NCBI RefSeq assembly: GCF_004010195.1
Contig: NC_057756.1
Span: 1,094,265-1,158,264, forward strand
Reading direction: 5' to 3'
Origin: Chiloscyllium plagiosum
Taxonomy: Eukaryota
Length of the DNA stretch: 64,000 nt
This document shows, one piece after another, positions 50,700 through 64,000 of this stretch. The translations under genes were made by a program, and so were the position numbers. The notes beneath the pieces were generated by a model. That model worked only from the letters and a program-made list of their open reading frames with translations. It was not told where the DNA came from and did no database searches. The first letter of the stretch is position 1, and each line of letters begins with the position of its first letter.

Positions 50700-53600
50700 A
50701 CATTGCAGGCTCCCCTTTATTCTTTACCCCTCTAACCTTAAACTCATGCCCTCTAGTCTTCAATTCTCCAAACCTGGGAAAAAGATTGAGTGCATTCACT
50801 GTATCCATGCCTCTCATGATCTTGTACACTTCTAGAATATCTCCCCTCAGTCTCACACACTCCAAAACAAAAAGTCCTAGCTTTTCAAACTTTGTCCTAT
50901 AACTCAGTCCCTTGAGTACTGGCAATGTTCTTGTAAATTCTTTCTGCACTCTTTCCAGTTTAATGACATCCTTCCTATACCAAGGTGACCAAAACTGAAC
51001 AAAGTACTCCAAATACCACCTCACCAATGTCCTGTAAAAACTGCAAAATAACGTCCCAAGTTCTTTACTCAATGCCCTGACTAATGAAGGCCAGTGTGCC
51101 AAATACCTTCTTCACTGCCCTGTCTACCTGTGACTCCACTTTCACAGAATCGTGCACCTGCACCCAAGCACCTCTGTTCCACTACACACCTTAAGGCCTT
51201 ACCATTCACCATGAAACTCCTGCCTTGATTTGGCTTTTCAGAATGCAAGACCTCACACTTATCTATATTAAACACCGTTTGCCATTTCTCAGTCCACTTC
51301 AGCTGATCAAGTTCCTGCTGCAATTTCTGATAACCATCCTCACTGTGCATAGTACTGCCGATGTTAGTGTCATCTGCAAACTTATTAATCTTGCCTTGTA
51401 CATTCTCATTCAAATCATTGACATAGATAATAAACAGCAGTGGGCCCAGCACCGATCTCCGAGGTACATCCCTAGTTACAGTCCTTCAATCCAACAAGCA
51501 CCCTTCCAATAATACTGTCTGCTTCCTACCGTCAAGCCGATTGTGTATCAAATTTACCAGATAACCTCCCCCCCCCCCCCCCGCCAAACCCGGATTGCAT
51601 GCAACCTAACCTTCCAGAGTAGCCTCCCATGTGGAACTTTAACAAACACCTTACTGAAATCCATATAGACTATGTCTACCACCCTGCCCTCATCAATCTT
51701 CCGGGTCACTTAGAGTCGTAGAGATGTACAGCATGGAAACAGATCCTTTGGTCTAACTAATCCATGCCGACCAGATATCCCAACCTAATCTAGTCACCTT
51801 TGCCAGCACTTGGCCCATATCCCTCTAAACCCTTCCTATTCATACACCCATCCAGATGCCTTTTAAATGTTTCAATTGTAACAGCCTCCACCACCTCTTC
51901 TGGCAGCTCATTCCATACATGTACCACTCTTTGCATCAAAACGTTGCCCCTTCGGTCCCTTTTATGAGGCCAATTCCCGGAATGGTGGGACTATCTTACG
52001 CTGAAAGATTGGAGCGACTGGGCTTGTATAAGCTTGAGTTTAGAAGGCTGAGAGGGGATCTGATTGAGACGTATAAGATTATTAAAAGATTAGACACTCT
52101 GGAGGCAGGAAGCATGTTTCCGCTGATGGGTGAGTCCCGAACAAGAGGACACAGTTTAAAAATAAGGGGTAGGCCACTTAGAACAGAGTTGAGGAGAAAC
52201 TACTTCACCCAGAGAGTGGGGGTGGGTGAATGGAATGCTCTGCCCCAGAAGGTTGTGAAGGCCAAGTCTCTGGATACTTTCAAGAAAGAGTTGGATAGAG
52301 CTCTTAAGGATAGTGGAATCAAGGGTTATGAGGATAAGGTAGGAACAGGATACTGATTGAGGATGATCAGCCATGATCATAATGAATGGTGGTTCTGGCT
52401 CGAAGGGCAGAATGGCCTACTCCTGCACCTATCGTCTATTGTCTATTTATATCTTTCCCCTCTCACCCCAAACCTCTGCCCTCTAGTTCTGGATTCCCTG
52501 ACCCCAGGGACAATACTTTGTCTGTTGCCCCTCATGATTTTATAACCTCTAAAAAGTCACCCCTCAGCCTTTGACGCTCCAGGGAAAACTGCCCCAGAAT
52601 ATTCAGCCTCTCCCTACAGCTCAATCCTGTAACCCTGGCAACAGCCTTGTAAATCTTGTCTGAACACTTTCATGTTTAACAACATCCTTCTGATAGGAAG
52701 GAGACCAGAATTGCACACAATATTCCAAAAGTGGCCTAACCACCATCTCTTACAGCCGCCACATGACCTCCCAACTCTTATACTCAATGCTCTGACCAAT
52801 AAAGGAAAGCCTTCTTCACTATTCTATGTACCTGCAACTCTACTTTCAAGGAGCTATGAACCTACACTCCAAGGTCTCTTTGTTCAGCAATATTCCCTAG
52901 GACCTTACCTGTAAGTGTATAAATCCTGCTCTGATTTGTTGTCCCAAAATGCAGCACTTCGCATTTATCTAAATTAAACTTCATCTGCCACTCCTCAGCC
53001 CATTGGCCCACCTGATCAAGATCCCATTGTAATCTGAGGTAACCTTCTTCGCTGTCCACTACACCTCCAATTTTGGTGTCATCTGCAAACTTAACTATAC
53101 CTCCTATGTTCATATCCAAATCATTTATATAAATGACGAAAAGTAGTGGACCCAGCAACACTTCTTGTGGCACACTGCTGGTAACAGGCCTCCAGTCTGA
53201 AAAACAATACTCTATCAACACCCTCTGTCTTCTATCTTCGAGCCAGTTCTTTATCCATAACCTTGCTAACCAGTGTCCCATGGGGAACCGTGCTGAATAG
53301 AGCCCATATAGATCACGTCCACCACTCTGCCCTCATCAATCCTCTTTGTTATTTTTTCAAAAATCTCAATCAAGATTGTGAGACATGATTTCCCACACAC
53401 AAAGCCATGTTGACTATCCCTAATCAGTCCTTGCATTTCCAAATACGTGTAAACTTTGTCCCTCAGGATTCCCTGCAACGACTTGCCCACCACCGATGTC
53501 TGGCTCACCGGCCTATAGTTCTCTGGCTTGTCCTTACAACCTTTCTTAAATAATGGTACCACTTTAGCCAACCTCCAGTTTTCTGGCACTTCACCTGTGA

Positions 53601-55500
53601 CTATCAATGATACAAATATCTCAGCAAGGGGCCCAGCAATCACTTCCCTAGCTTCCCATAGAGTTCGAGGTACACCTGATCAGGTCCTGGGGATTTATCC
53701 AGCTTTATGCATTTCAAGACATCCAGCACTTCCTCCTTTGTAATATGGGCATTTTTCAAGATGTCACCATCTATTTCCCCACATTCTGTATCTTCCAGGT
53801 CCTCCTCCACAGTAAGCACTGATGCAAAATACTCACATAGTATCTCCTGCCGTTCCACACAAAGGCCGCCTTGCTGATTCTTGAGGGACCCTATTGTCTC
53901 CCTAGTTATCCTTTTGTCCTTAATGTATTTGTAAAAACCCTTTGGATTCTCCTTAATTCTGTTTGCCAAAGCTATCTCATGACCCCTTTTTGCCCTCCTG
54001 ATTTCCCTCTTAAGTATACTCCTACTGCCTTTATACTCTTCTAAGGATTCACTTGATCTCTCCTGTCTATGTCTGACATATGCTTCCTTCGTTTTCTTAA
54101 CCAAACCCTCAATTTCTGTTGTCATCCAACAGTCCCTACCAGCCTTTCCTTTCATCCGAGCAGGAATGTACTGTCTCTGGACTCTTGTTATGTCATTTCA
54201 GAAGGCTTCCCATTTTCCAGCCATACCTTTTACCTGTGAACATTCTGCCCCCAGTCAGCTTTTGAAAGTTCTTGCCTAACACTGTCAAAATTAGCCTTCT
54301 CCAATTTAAAACTTCAACTGTTAGCTCTGGTCTATCCTTTTATCAAAGAACTCTTATCAAATTTGTCAGGCATAATCTCCCATCTACAAAGTCTTGCTGA
54401 CTCTTCCTAATCAAACCCTCTCCTTCCAAATGCATGTGTTATCCTTCAGAATCTTCTCAAGTAAAATACCTGCCACAGATGTTAAGCTTACTGGCTTATA
54501 GTTCCAAGGCATTTCTTTGCAGCCCTTCTTGAATAAGGGCACAACAATCGCTACCCTCCAGTCTTCTGGGACCTCACCCATGGCTAATGATGATGCAGAA
54601 ATATCAACTAGAACCCCTACAATTTTTTTTCTAGCCTCTTGTAGGGTCCTTGGATATACCTGGTCAGGACCAGGAGATTTATCAGCCTTCATACATTCTA
54701 ATATGTCCAAAATCACCTCTACCATGATATGGACTGTCCCCAATATATCGCCACAGACTTCTCCAAGTTCCCAGGTCTTTATGTCTTTCTCCACGGTAAG
54801 CACAGAGGCAAAGTATTCACTGAGGACTTCGCCCATCTCCTGTGGTTCCATGCATACATGTCTGCTTTGGTCCTTGAGAGGTCTTATTTTCTCATTATTC
54901 TTTTTCCTTTAATATTCTTAAAGAATATTTTTGGATTCGCCCTGATCTTCTCACCTAAGGCTATCTTGTACCCCTTTTCACCCTCCTGACTTCCTTCTTC
55001 AGTAAACCCTTGTAACAGGACAAGCCAAACAAAGACATGCATGAGAATTCCTAGAAGCATGACACTCCAACCGGAACGCTATCAACAAACACATCGAGTT
55101 AGACCCCATCTACCACCCCCTGAGAAAAGGAACCAGAAGTGACTTTACCACAGGAAATAATATCACCAACCCAAAGAAACCCAAAAATGTAAATAGAAAG
55201 CCGGAATTCTCAGTATGAGGCCCACTGAAGATGTTACCTAGTTGAGTAACAAAACATCTGGAAATAAACATTGCAGCAAACCTCCATCCAAAACCTCAAC
55301 CTGAGCTACAAATCTTCTCAAAACTCCTGTAACACCTATATACCTCCCTGGGATTCCTGAGATCCAAATAGCCTGTTCCTGAGTCATTGCTCCTTTGTCA
55401 TCCAGAGTTTCTTATTCCTGCCAACCTTGCAATTCAGCCTCACAGGAACATTTAGGCCTTGAAATCTAGCCATCTCACTTTAAAATGCCTCCCGCTTGTC
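50700..55500 (-). mobile_element. Stack of CR1 ORF2 fragments, mostly minus strand (plus-strand 3' piece at ~51965-52445)
   Basis: Multiple RT ORFs (KFADDTKIGG, PENYRPVSQTSVVGK, DKSPGPD). Confidence 0.9.
55018..55327 (+). mobile_element. Penelope-like 3' fragment inserted in CR1
   Basis: EFLEA...AINKHIELDPIY remnant, decayed hammerhead at 55222-55261, imperfect flanking repeat ending TGTAACA. Confidence 0.8.
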
Positions 55501-58040
55501 TGCTGAGGTTAGAAACAGGAAAGAAGAGGTCATTCTGGTGGGAGTTTTCTACAGACCTCCAAATAGTTCGAGATATAGAGGAAAGGAGATCAAAGATAAT
55601 TCTGGATAGGAGCGAGAATAACTGGGTAGTTAGTTATGGCGGGCTTTAACTTTTGAAATATTGACTGGAAATACTACAGTTCAAGTACTTTAGATGGCTC
55701 AGTTTTTGTCCAATGTGTGCAAGATGGTTTCCTGACACAGCATGCAGACAAACCAACAAGGGGCGAGGCCGTATTGGATTTGATATTGGGTAATGAACTC
55801 AGCCAGGTGTTAGATTTGGAAGTAGGTGAGCACTTTTGTGATAGTGACCACAATTTGGTTATGTTTACTTTAGCGTTGGAAAGGGATAGCTAAATACTGC
55901 AGGTAAGACTGAAGGAAAGCCAATTATGATGTGATTAGGCAAGATTTAGGATGCATAGGATGGGGAAGGAAACTGCAGAGGATGGGCACAATTGAAATGT
56001 GGAGATTATTCAAGGAACAGCTACTGCATGCCCTTGATAAGTATCTACCTGTCAGGCAGGAAGGAAGTGGTCAAGCGAGGGAGCTAAGCCTTATGAAAGA
56101 ACTTGAATGTCTTGTCAAGAGGAAAGAGAAGGCTTATGTTAGGATGAAACTTGAAGGCTCAGTTAGGGCACTTGAGAGTTACAGTTAGCCAGGAAAGACC
56201 TAAAGAGAGATCTAAGAAGAGCCAGGAGGGGTCATGAGAAGTCGTTGGCACATAGTATCAAGGAAAACCCTAAAGCTTTCTATAGATATATCAGGAATAA
56301 AAGAATGACTAGAGAATGTTTAGTGCCAATTGAGGATAGTAGTGGGAAGTTGTGCATGGAGTCTGAGGAGGTAGGGGAAGCGCTAAATGAATATTTTTCA
56401 TCAGTATTCTCACTGGAAAAAGACAATGTTGTCAAGGAGAATACTGTGATATGGGCTACTAGACCAGATGGAATTGAGGTGCACAAGAAGGAGATGTTAG
56501 TAATTCTGGAAAGTGTGAAATTACATAAATTCCTGGGCTGGATGAGATTTATCCTTGGCTTCCTGGGAAGCTAGGGAGGAGATTGCAGTGCCTTTGGCTT
56601 TTATCTTTATGTTATCATTGTCCACAGGAATAATACCAGAAGACTGAAGGATAGCAAATGTTGTCCTCTTATTCAAGAAGGGGAGTAGAGACAACCCTGG
56701 TAATTATAGACTAGTGAGCTTTACTTCAGTTGTGGGTAAAGTGTTAGAAAAGGTTATAAGAAATAGGATTTATAACCATCTAGAGAGAGGAATAAGTTGA
56801 TGAGGGATAGTCAGCACGGTGTTTTGAAGGGTAGGTCGTGCCCCACAAACCTTATTGATTTGTTTGAGATGGTGACCAAACAGGTGAACGAGGTTAAAGC
56901 GGTTGATGTGTATATGGATTTGAGAAAGGTGTTTGCTGAAGTTCCCTACGGTAGGCTGTTGCACAAAATATGGGCGCATGGCATTGAGGGTGATTTAGTG
57001 GTTTGGATCATATATTGGTGAGCTGAAAGAAGACAGAGGGTGATGGTTGATGGGAAATTTCGTTCTGGAGTTTAGTTGCTAGTAGCGTACCGCAAGGATC
57101 TGTTTTGGGATCACTGCTGTTTGTCATTTTTATAAGTGATTTAGATGAGGGCTTAGAAGGATGGTTGCAGATGACATTACGGTTGGTGGAATTGTGGGTA
57201 GTGCTGAAGGATGTTGCAGGTTGCAGGGGGACATAGATAAGCTGCAGAACTGAGCTGAGCGGTGGCAAATGGAGATTAATGTGCAAAAGTGTGAGGTGAT
57301 TCACTTTGGAAGGAGCAACAGAAATAGAAAATACTGGGCTAATGGTAAGATTCTTGGTAGAGTGGATGAGCAGAGAGATCTTGGTGTCCATGTGCATAGA
57401 TCCCTGAAAGTTGCCACCCAGGTCGATAGGGTAGTTAAGAAGGCAACCAGTGTGTTAGCTTTTCTTGGTAGAGGGATTAAGTTTCGGGGCCATAAAGTTA
57501 TGCTGCAGCTGTACAAAACTTTGGTGCGGCCACACTTGGAGTATTGTGTACAGTTCTGGTGACTGCATTATAGGAAGGATGTGGAAACATTGGAAAGGGT
57601 GCAGAGGAGATTTACTAGGATGTCGCCTGGTATGGAGGGAAGGACTTATGAGGAAAGGCTGAGGGACTTGAGGCTGTCTTCGTTCGAGAGTAGTATCATA
57701 TAAGATAATCAGAGGGTTAGGTAGGGTGGACAGTGGGAGCCTTTTTCTTAGATGGTGATGGATAGCATTCAGGGACATAGCTTTAAATTGACAGGTGATA
57801 GATATAGGACAGATGTCAGAGGTAGTTTCTTTACTCTGAGGGTAGTAGGAGCATGGAACACACTGCCTGCAACAGTAGTAGACTCACTAACTTTAAGGAC
57901 ATATAAATGGTCATTGCAGAAACATATGGATGAAAATGGAATAGTATTGGATAGATCGGCTTCAGATTGGTTCCATAGAACAGCGCAACATCGAGGGTTG
58001 AAGGGCCTGTACTGTGCTGTAATGTTCTATGTTCTATTTG
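55500..58040 (+). mobile_element. CR1 LINE ORF2 (APE C-terminus, RT, 3' tail)
   Basis: KENPKAFYRYIRNKR, QHGVLKGRSCPTNL, LYKTLVRPHLEYCVQFW; (TGTTCTA)2 tail. Confidence 0.9.
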
Positions 58041-59480
58041 CCAGAGGTCCCTTCGCCTGCAATCAAACTGCCCCAATCAACCCTTGCATGCTCTAATTCC
58101 ATCAAAATTCACTTTTCCCCAATTTGGAACTTGAACCTGTGGACCAGTTTTATCCCTCTCCATAACAGTTTTAAAATTAATAGAACTATGGTCACTGGTC
58201 ACAGAGTGCTCCCCCAGTGTCATCTCAGTTTCCTGAGAGTAGTGCCCTCACATTACTACTTGAGAAAACTTCCCTGAACGCACTTAACAAATTCAACCCC
58301 ATCTAACCCTTTAACACTTTTGCAGTCCCATTTATGTTTGGAGAGTTAGAATCCCCTGTTAAGACAACACAGTTGCTCCTGCATGTCTCCCCATTCTTCC
58401 TGCATATTTGTTCCTCTAATTTCCAATTGATTAATCTAGGGGCCTATAGTACAACACCAATAATGTCCCCATCCCCTTCTTGTTTCTGAGCTCTATCCAC
58501 AAAACCTCAGTGGGTGATCCGTCATGTATTTCCTCTCTGACTACCGCTGTGACACTCGCCTGAATCAAAATGCAGCTCCCACTCCCTGCTTTCTTCCATC
58601 TAAAACACCTATACCCTGACACATTAAGCTGGCAATCCTGTCCCTCGCTTTGCCACGTTTCTGTAATGGCTATAATATCCTAGTCCCACATACCTATCCA
58701 CAACCTGGGTTCATCGGCCTTATCTGCCAGTCCTCTTGCACTAAAATAAATATAATTCAATCCAACGGGGCATTCCATGCTCCATGTTATGTTCCAGCCT
58801 GACCTGTCTCTTCAACTTACTATTTTTGATTACTGTATCTCTTTCCAGCCTTGCGCTTGCCCCCCTGCTGTTGTCGATCCCACCCCCCGCCAATCAATTT
58901 TAAACTCTCTCTTGTAACATCAGCAAACCTGGCTACCAAGATATTAGTCTGCCTCCAGTTCAAGTGCAACCCGTCCCTCTTGAACAGGTCACCTCTGCCC
59001 CAGAAAAGATCTCGATGAACTAAAAACTAAATCTCTGCCACCTGCACCAATTCTTTAGCCATGCATTCATCTGCCATAACCTCCTGTTCTTTCCCTCACT
59101 AGCACGTGGCACTGAAAGTAACCCAGAAATTACCATCATTGAGTTTCTGGTTTTTAACTTGTTTCCTAGCTCTCTAATCAGTCCACACCTTGAGAACATT
59201 CTGCAGCTGCTCCGGGACATCCTGGATCCTGGCACTCGGGAGGCAACATACCATCCTGGATTCCCTGTTATGGTCGCAGAATCTTCCCCTAACTATTGAG
59301 TCTCCTGTCACTAAGGCCCTGTTTATATTTACTCTTTCCCGTTGTGCCTGAGAACAACTCGTAGTACCACCGCACCCTTCCCCCTCCCAAGGAGTATCCA
59401 AAACGGGCAGTGTATTAGAGGGGAATGGCCACAGTAGATTCCTGCTCTCTCTGCCTATTCCCTTTGTCTTTCCTGGTGGA
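58040..59480 (-). mobile_element. CR1 5' portion (ORF1 esterase-like plus APE)
   Basis: ALVTGDSIVRG...RMVCCLPSARIQDV and LWIELRNKKG...YYRP. Confidence 0.8.
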
Positions 59481-60099
59481 AGCCTGACTTCCATACTTTG
59501 TTCTGCAGCTCTGCAAACTTTGCGATAGACTTCCAACTTAGTTTTGATCTGAATGAGTTGTGTACTTAGTGTTCCCACATCCCTCTGCCTGTCCATATTT
59601 ACTGGTGTCTTGTCACATAGACCATGAGATGACGTCCTGTGGCCATGTGGAGAAAAAAGTTTTTGAAGTTCTCTCACACGAGGCTGTGGTAACCCTTTGA
59701 TAGAGGTGTGAACTTGATCCCACTTCCTACCCTTTTTAATTGTACTCCAGAATATTTTGCTTCAAGTATTATCTAGTTTTATAGTGAAAGTCACCCATGA
59801 ATCTGCTTTTAGGCTATATTCACAGCCACCACGTAGATCTTACCATCACATGTGGCTTCACAACGCACAATTACTGATTAGACCACCTCTGATATCTCTT
59901 CCGTGTTGCTTTGTGCCCCTGGGTCCATTCCCTTCACAATCTGATATATTCCGGCTGCCCAAAAAAAAAATCTGCTTCGATTTGCGTAATGAATGTTTAA
60001 TGATTTACTATACATTAAAAACAAGTGGATAACTAGAGAGAAGGTAAAACCACTGTTCTCAGGATAGTATCAGGTGACAAGTGGTGTTCTGCAAGGCTC

Positions 60100-62610
60100 A
60101 GTGTTGGGGCCACAACTTTCCACTTTATACATTAATGAAGAAACCGAGATGTTGGGAAGATGTTTTCATGGAGATTTGTATGAAGCGTGCTAATACACTA
60201 GGGCATCTTGAGATAATGGAAGAACTGGTGTTGGGTCACTTTAAGAGTATTAAGGTGGTATCTACCCCAGGTTATTGAGAGAAACAAGAGAGGAGATTGT
60301 TGGGGCCTTGACCAAGCTCTTTTTATCGTCACTTACCATTGGAGAGGTTTCAGAGCACTGGCGAGTAGCTAATGTTGTTCTACTATTCAAGCAGAGAAAT
60401 AGGGAAAATCCACAAAATGTTGGACTGCTGAGTCTCACATCAGTGGATAGGAAGCTATTGGAGAGAAAGGATTTACTCATATTTGGAAAAGTATTTGCAT
60501 AGTAGCTTTGTGCAGGGCTGATCATGTCTTAACTAACTTGATTGATCACCTTCGTCACCTCCTTGTAAAAATCAAATAGGCTAAAGCAGTGGATGTTGTC
60601 TGAATGGATTTTAGTAAGGCTCTTGACAAGGTTCTTCATGGAAGGCCCATCCAGAAGATTACGATGCATGGAATCCATGGTGACTTGGCTGCGTGGATTC
60701 AGAATTGGCTGGAGGTCCATGTTCTGCAGGGATCCGTACTAGAGCCTCTTCCGTTTGTGAAACATATAAATGACTTCGATGAATACGTAGATGGGTGGGC
60801 CAGTAAGTTTGCAGATGATACAAAGATCGGTCGAGTTGTGTACAGTATACAAGGTTGTCAAAGGATATAGTGGGATATAGATCGGTTGCAGCCATGGGTA
60901 GAGAAATGGCAGATAGAGTTTAATCCAGGTAAGTCTGAGGTGTTGCACTTTGGGAGATCAAATATTAAGGAAAAGTATACAGTATACAGGACACTGATGT
61001 GGAGGTGCCGGTGTTGGAATGGGGTGGATAAAGTTAAAAGTCACATAACACCAGGTTATGGTCCAACAGTTTATTTGGAAGTACAAGGATTTGGAATGCT
61101 GCTCCTTCAGGTAGCTAATGGGGCAGGATTCTGTTGACCGTCCTCCAAGGCTGACTCTGGGATATGTAACATTGCAGAGCTGCTGAGCAAAGGTTGATAG
61201 CCAAGTTCAGTACCCACGAAATTGGCCTTAATCAGGATCTTGGGTTCATGTCACACTACAGGTGACATGACCACGCACGCACACACACGACTTACACTCA
61301 CATGCACACCCTCTCACAGGCATATACTCTGTCACACTTGTGCAGACGCTCTATTAAGCATGCACACAAGCACACTCACACACTCTCTCCCTCTCCATAC
61401 ATACCCCAAAGGGATAAACTTGCATCTGTTCAAAAAGCACACACTCTGTAGGCAGTCAGTCCATGTGACATTTTATCAATTCGTATTTTGGAAATAGAAC
61501 CAGATTGACTCAAGTTTGAGATACAGACAGACTCTTAACTTCACACTTTTAATGCGTTGTCTGAGGTGAGACGTCACTTTTGTAATAAAACAATAAGTTA
61601 TGTCAGGAATGTAACTTGAAAGAAGTTCTGGGATTTATATGTTAATGAACTGAAACCTGCAATTCCATTCTCGGTGATTAAAGACTTATCAGCAATCTAG
61701 GTTTGTTCAATACATCCCATCAGTTGTGTGACACTTCGATCTTTTACTATAAATTCTGCATCCTATGATTCTGCCCCACTAAGAACCTAACTAAGGAGCA
61801 ATGCTCCAAAAGCTTGTACTTCCAAATAAACTGTTGGACTATAACCCGGTGTGTATGATTTTTAGCACTGATGTACAGAGGGGTCTTGGCGTTCAAGTCC
61901 ATAACTCTCTAAAAGTGGAGCAAGTAGATACGGTGGTAAAGAAGGCATAGAGCTTGCCTTTATTTGTCAGGGAATTGAGTACACAGGTCAGGTTCAAGAG
62001 TGTGGTGCTGGAAGAACGCAGCAGGCCAGGCAGCATGTGAGGATCAGGAAAATCGACATTTTGGACAAAAGGTTTGGTTAGGTGACACTTGTTTTCGCTT
62101 CTGGCTGCCACTTCACAGGAATGATGTGGAGGTTTTGAAGTAGATGCAAACGAGGTTTACCAGGATGCTGCCTGGATTAGAGGGTATGATCTATAAGGAG
62201 GGGCTGGAAAGCCTCAGGATGTTGTCTCTGGCACAGCGGAAACTGAGGGGAGACTTGATAGATGTCCATAAAATTATGAGATGCATAGATGGGGCTAACG
62301 GTCAAAGTTGAAATATCTAAAACTAGGGGTATGCTTTTAAATTGGTAAAGGGAAAGTTCAAAGGAGATATGCGGGGCAAGTTTTTTTACACAGAGAATAG
62401 TAGGAGTCTGGAATGCGATGCCAGAGATAATGGTGGAGGTAGATACAATAGGATATGTGTCAGGCACTTTTAGATAAGCAAGTGAATGTGCAAGAAATGG
62501 AGGGATATGCACTAAGAGCAGGCAGAAGAGGTTAGGTTAGTTTGGCGTCATGTTTGGCACAACATCGTGGACTGACGGGCCCGTTCCTGTGCTGTACAGT
62601 TCGATGTTCT
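60100..62610 (+). mobile_element. CR1 ORF2 fragment interrupted by PLE insertions
   Basis: MDFSKALDKVLH...SKFADDTKIG, with the 3' tail at ~62600. Confidence 0.85.
61001..61865 (+). mobile_element. Penelope-like 3' fragment with inverted terminal piece
   Basis: 9-bp TSD CACTGATGT (60992-61000, 61866-61874). ~61030-61115 is an inverted copy of ~61783-61865. Decayed hammerheads in both arms. Confidence 0.8.
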
Positions 62611-63229
62611 ATAGTATTTTTAATTTTGTAATTATCCACTTTTAAACATCCACCAGTTGTGTTTCTGTAGCTACCTATCAATGTAGCCACCCCCAACAAG
62701 GGCACCCTATCAAAATCAATATTTCCTTTTCCCCTGGTGAATCAGCCTAATAAGCCACTCCAATTCTCTTCCTCATGTCCACGAGATACAAGCTGAAATG
62801 GATCGGCTGGACATTGGGATCAGGTGTTACAGGATCAGACTGGACCACGTTAGGGCTGGTTTAGGAAAACTGCTCATGATTGCAGCATCATCCTGCAGCA
62901 CAAGGATACCCCCAGCCGCTTTCATTGCAGCAAACTATCTTCTTAAACTCTTTCCCTTCTTTTCTCTTTTCTCACCTCCAACAGTAAGTGCAAAGAGTGT
63001 TTGGACACTGGAAGTGAGGCTGATTATCTGTCTCTGCAGCTTTCCTCCCTTTGCTGATCCCAGTGAGTGAACATTTTTGAAGGTCATCGATTCCACATCT
63101 CCTCCTCCCACCCCCCCCCCCCCCCCCCAATACATACAATTGACAAGTTTTTCTGTTGTCTCACTTTGTGGTGCTGCAATGCTAATCTTGACCATGACCT
63201 CCACTTATTTCAGCTGTCACAATAAAAAA

Positions 63230-63830
63230 TTAGAGTCATGGCATCATACAGCATAGAAACAGACCCTTTCGTCCAACTGGTCCACACTGACCAAATTGAA
63301 TAGCCCCATCTGTCTGCATTTGGCTCATATCCCTCCAAACCTTTCATATTCCTGAACTTACCTCAATGTCTTTTAAATGTTGTAATTGTATCCACATCCA
63401 CCACTTTGGTAGTTCATTCCACACATGAACCACTGTCTGTGTCAAAAAGAATTTGTCTCTCATGTCCTCTATAAATCTTTCTCCTCCCACCTTAAACATA
63501 TACCCCGTAGTTTTGAACAACTCCACTTTAGGGGAAAAAAACCCATTGTCATTCACCTTATTTATGCCACTCGTGATTTTATAAACCTCAATAAGGTCAC
63601 CCCTCAACCTTTTACACTCCACTGAAAAGAGTCCCAGTCTTTCCAGTCTATTTTTATATCTCAAACCCTCCATTCCCAGTAATATCCTGGTAAATATTTT
63701 CTGAACCCTCTCCAGTTTAATAATATCCTTCCTAGAACAGAGCAACCCGAACTGCACACAGTATTCTAGAAGAGGCCTCACCACTGTCCTGTACAATCTC
63801 AATATGATGTTCCAACTCCTATATGTCTAC
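63230..63830 (-). mobile_element. CR1 3' fragment
   Basis: LYRTVVRPLLEYCVQF...LRGDLIEVYKI. Confidence 0.88.
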
Positions 63831-64000
63831 TGCTCAGCCCACATCAGTATCTTTTTGCTTACTTCATTAAAAATCTCAATCAAGTTTGTGAGACATGATT
63901 TTCCTCATAGGTTGGAAGCTAGAAGGTAGAATGAGCAGTGCAGCAATCTCAGGATTGCTACCAGTGCCATGTGCTAGTGATGCTCAATAGAGAGCGAGTG

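Noticed and set aside
62931..63062. Candidate next TCTN3 exon near a pyrimidine tract
   Set aside because: The acceptor at 62984 starts with TAA in the required phase. Alternative readings show no tectonic similarity.

Overview
Eukaryotic, repeat-dense genomic DNA, most likely from an elasmobranch (shark). This is inferred from HE1-type tRNA SINEs, abundant CR1 LINEs and a two-exon GPR139-like receptor of the kind expanded in cartilaginous fishes. Two host genes can be reconstructed by hand from splice signals, both on the + strand. (1) A complete 323-aa class A GPCR, GPR139-like: join 8621..8690, 13922..14823. (2) The 5' part of a tectonic gene, best matching TCTN3: exons 37003..37609, 40829..40949, 45946..46061, 48583..48701 and 50211..50240, continuing past the window. 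It has an RFX X-box promoter, a 12-aa coding tandem repeat and a 30-nt microexon. The rest is mostly decayed transposons: nested Gmr1-type LTR elements (PR-INT-RT order, SCAN-like gag) with solo LTRs, many CR1 fragments, tRNA SINEs, and many Penelope-like element (PLE) insertions carrying minimal hammerhead ribozyme motifs. The PLE insertions repeatedly show fold-back or inverted ends. One 175-bp hammerhead insertion is flanked by a ~500-bp direct duplication just downstream of the GPCR. Repeat boundaries are approximate unless a target-site duplication (TSD) fixes them. Family assignments come from recalled motifs, not database searches.
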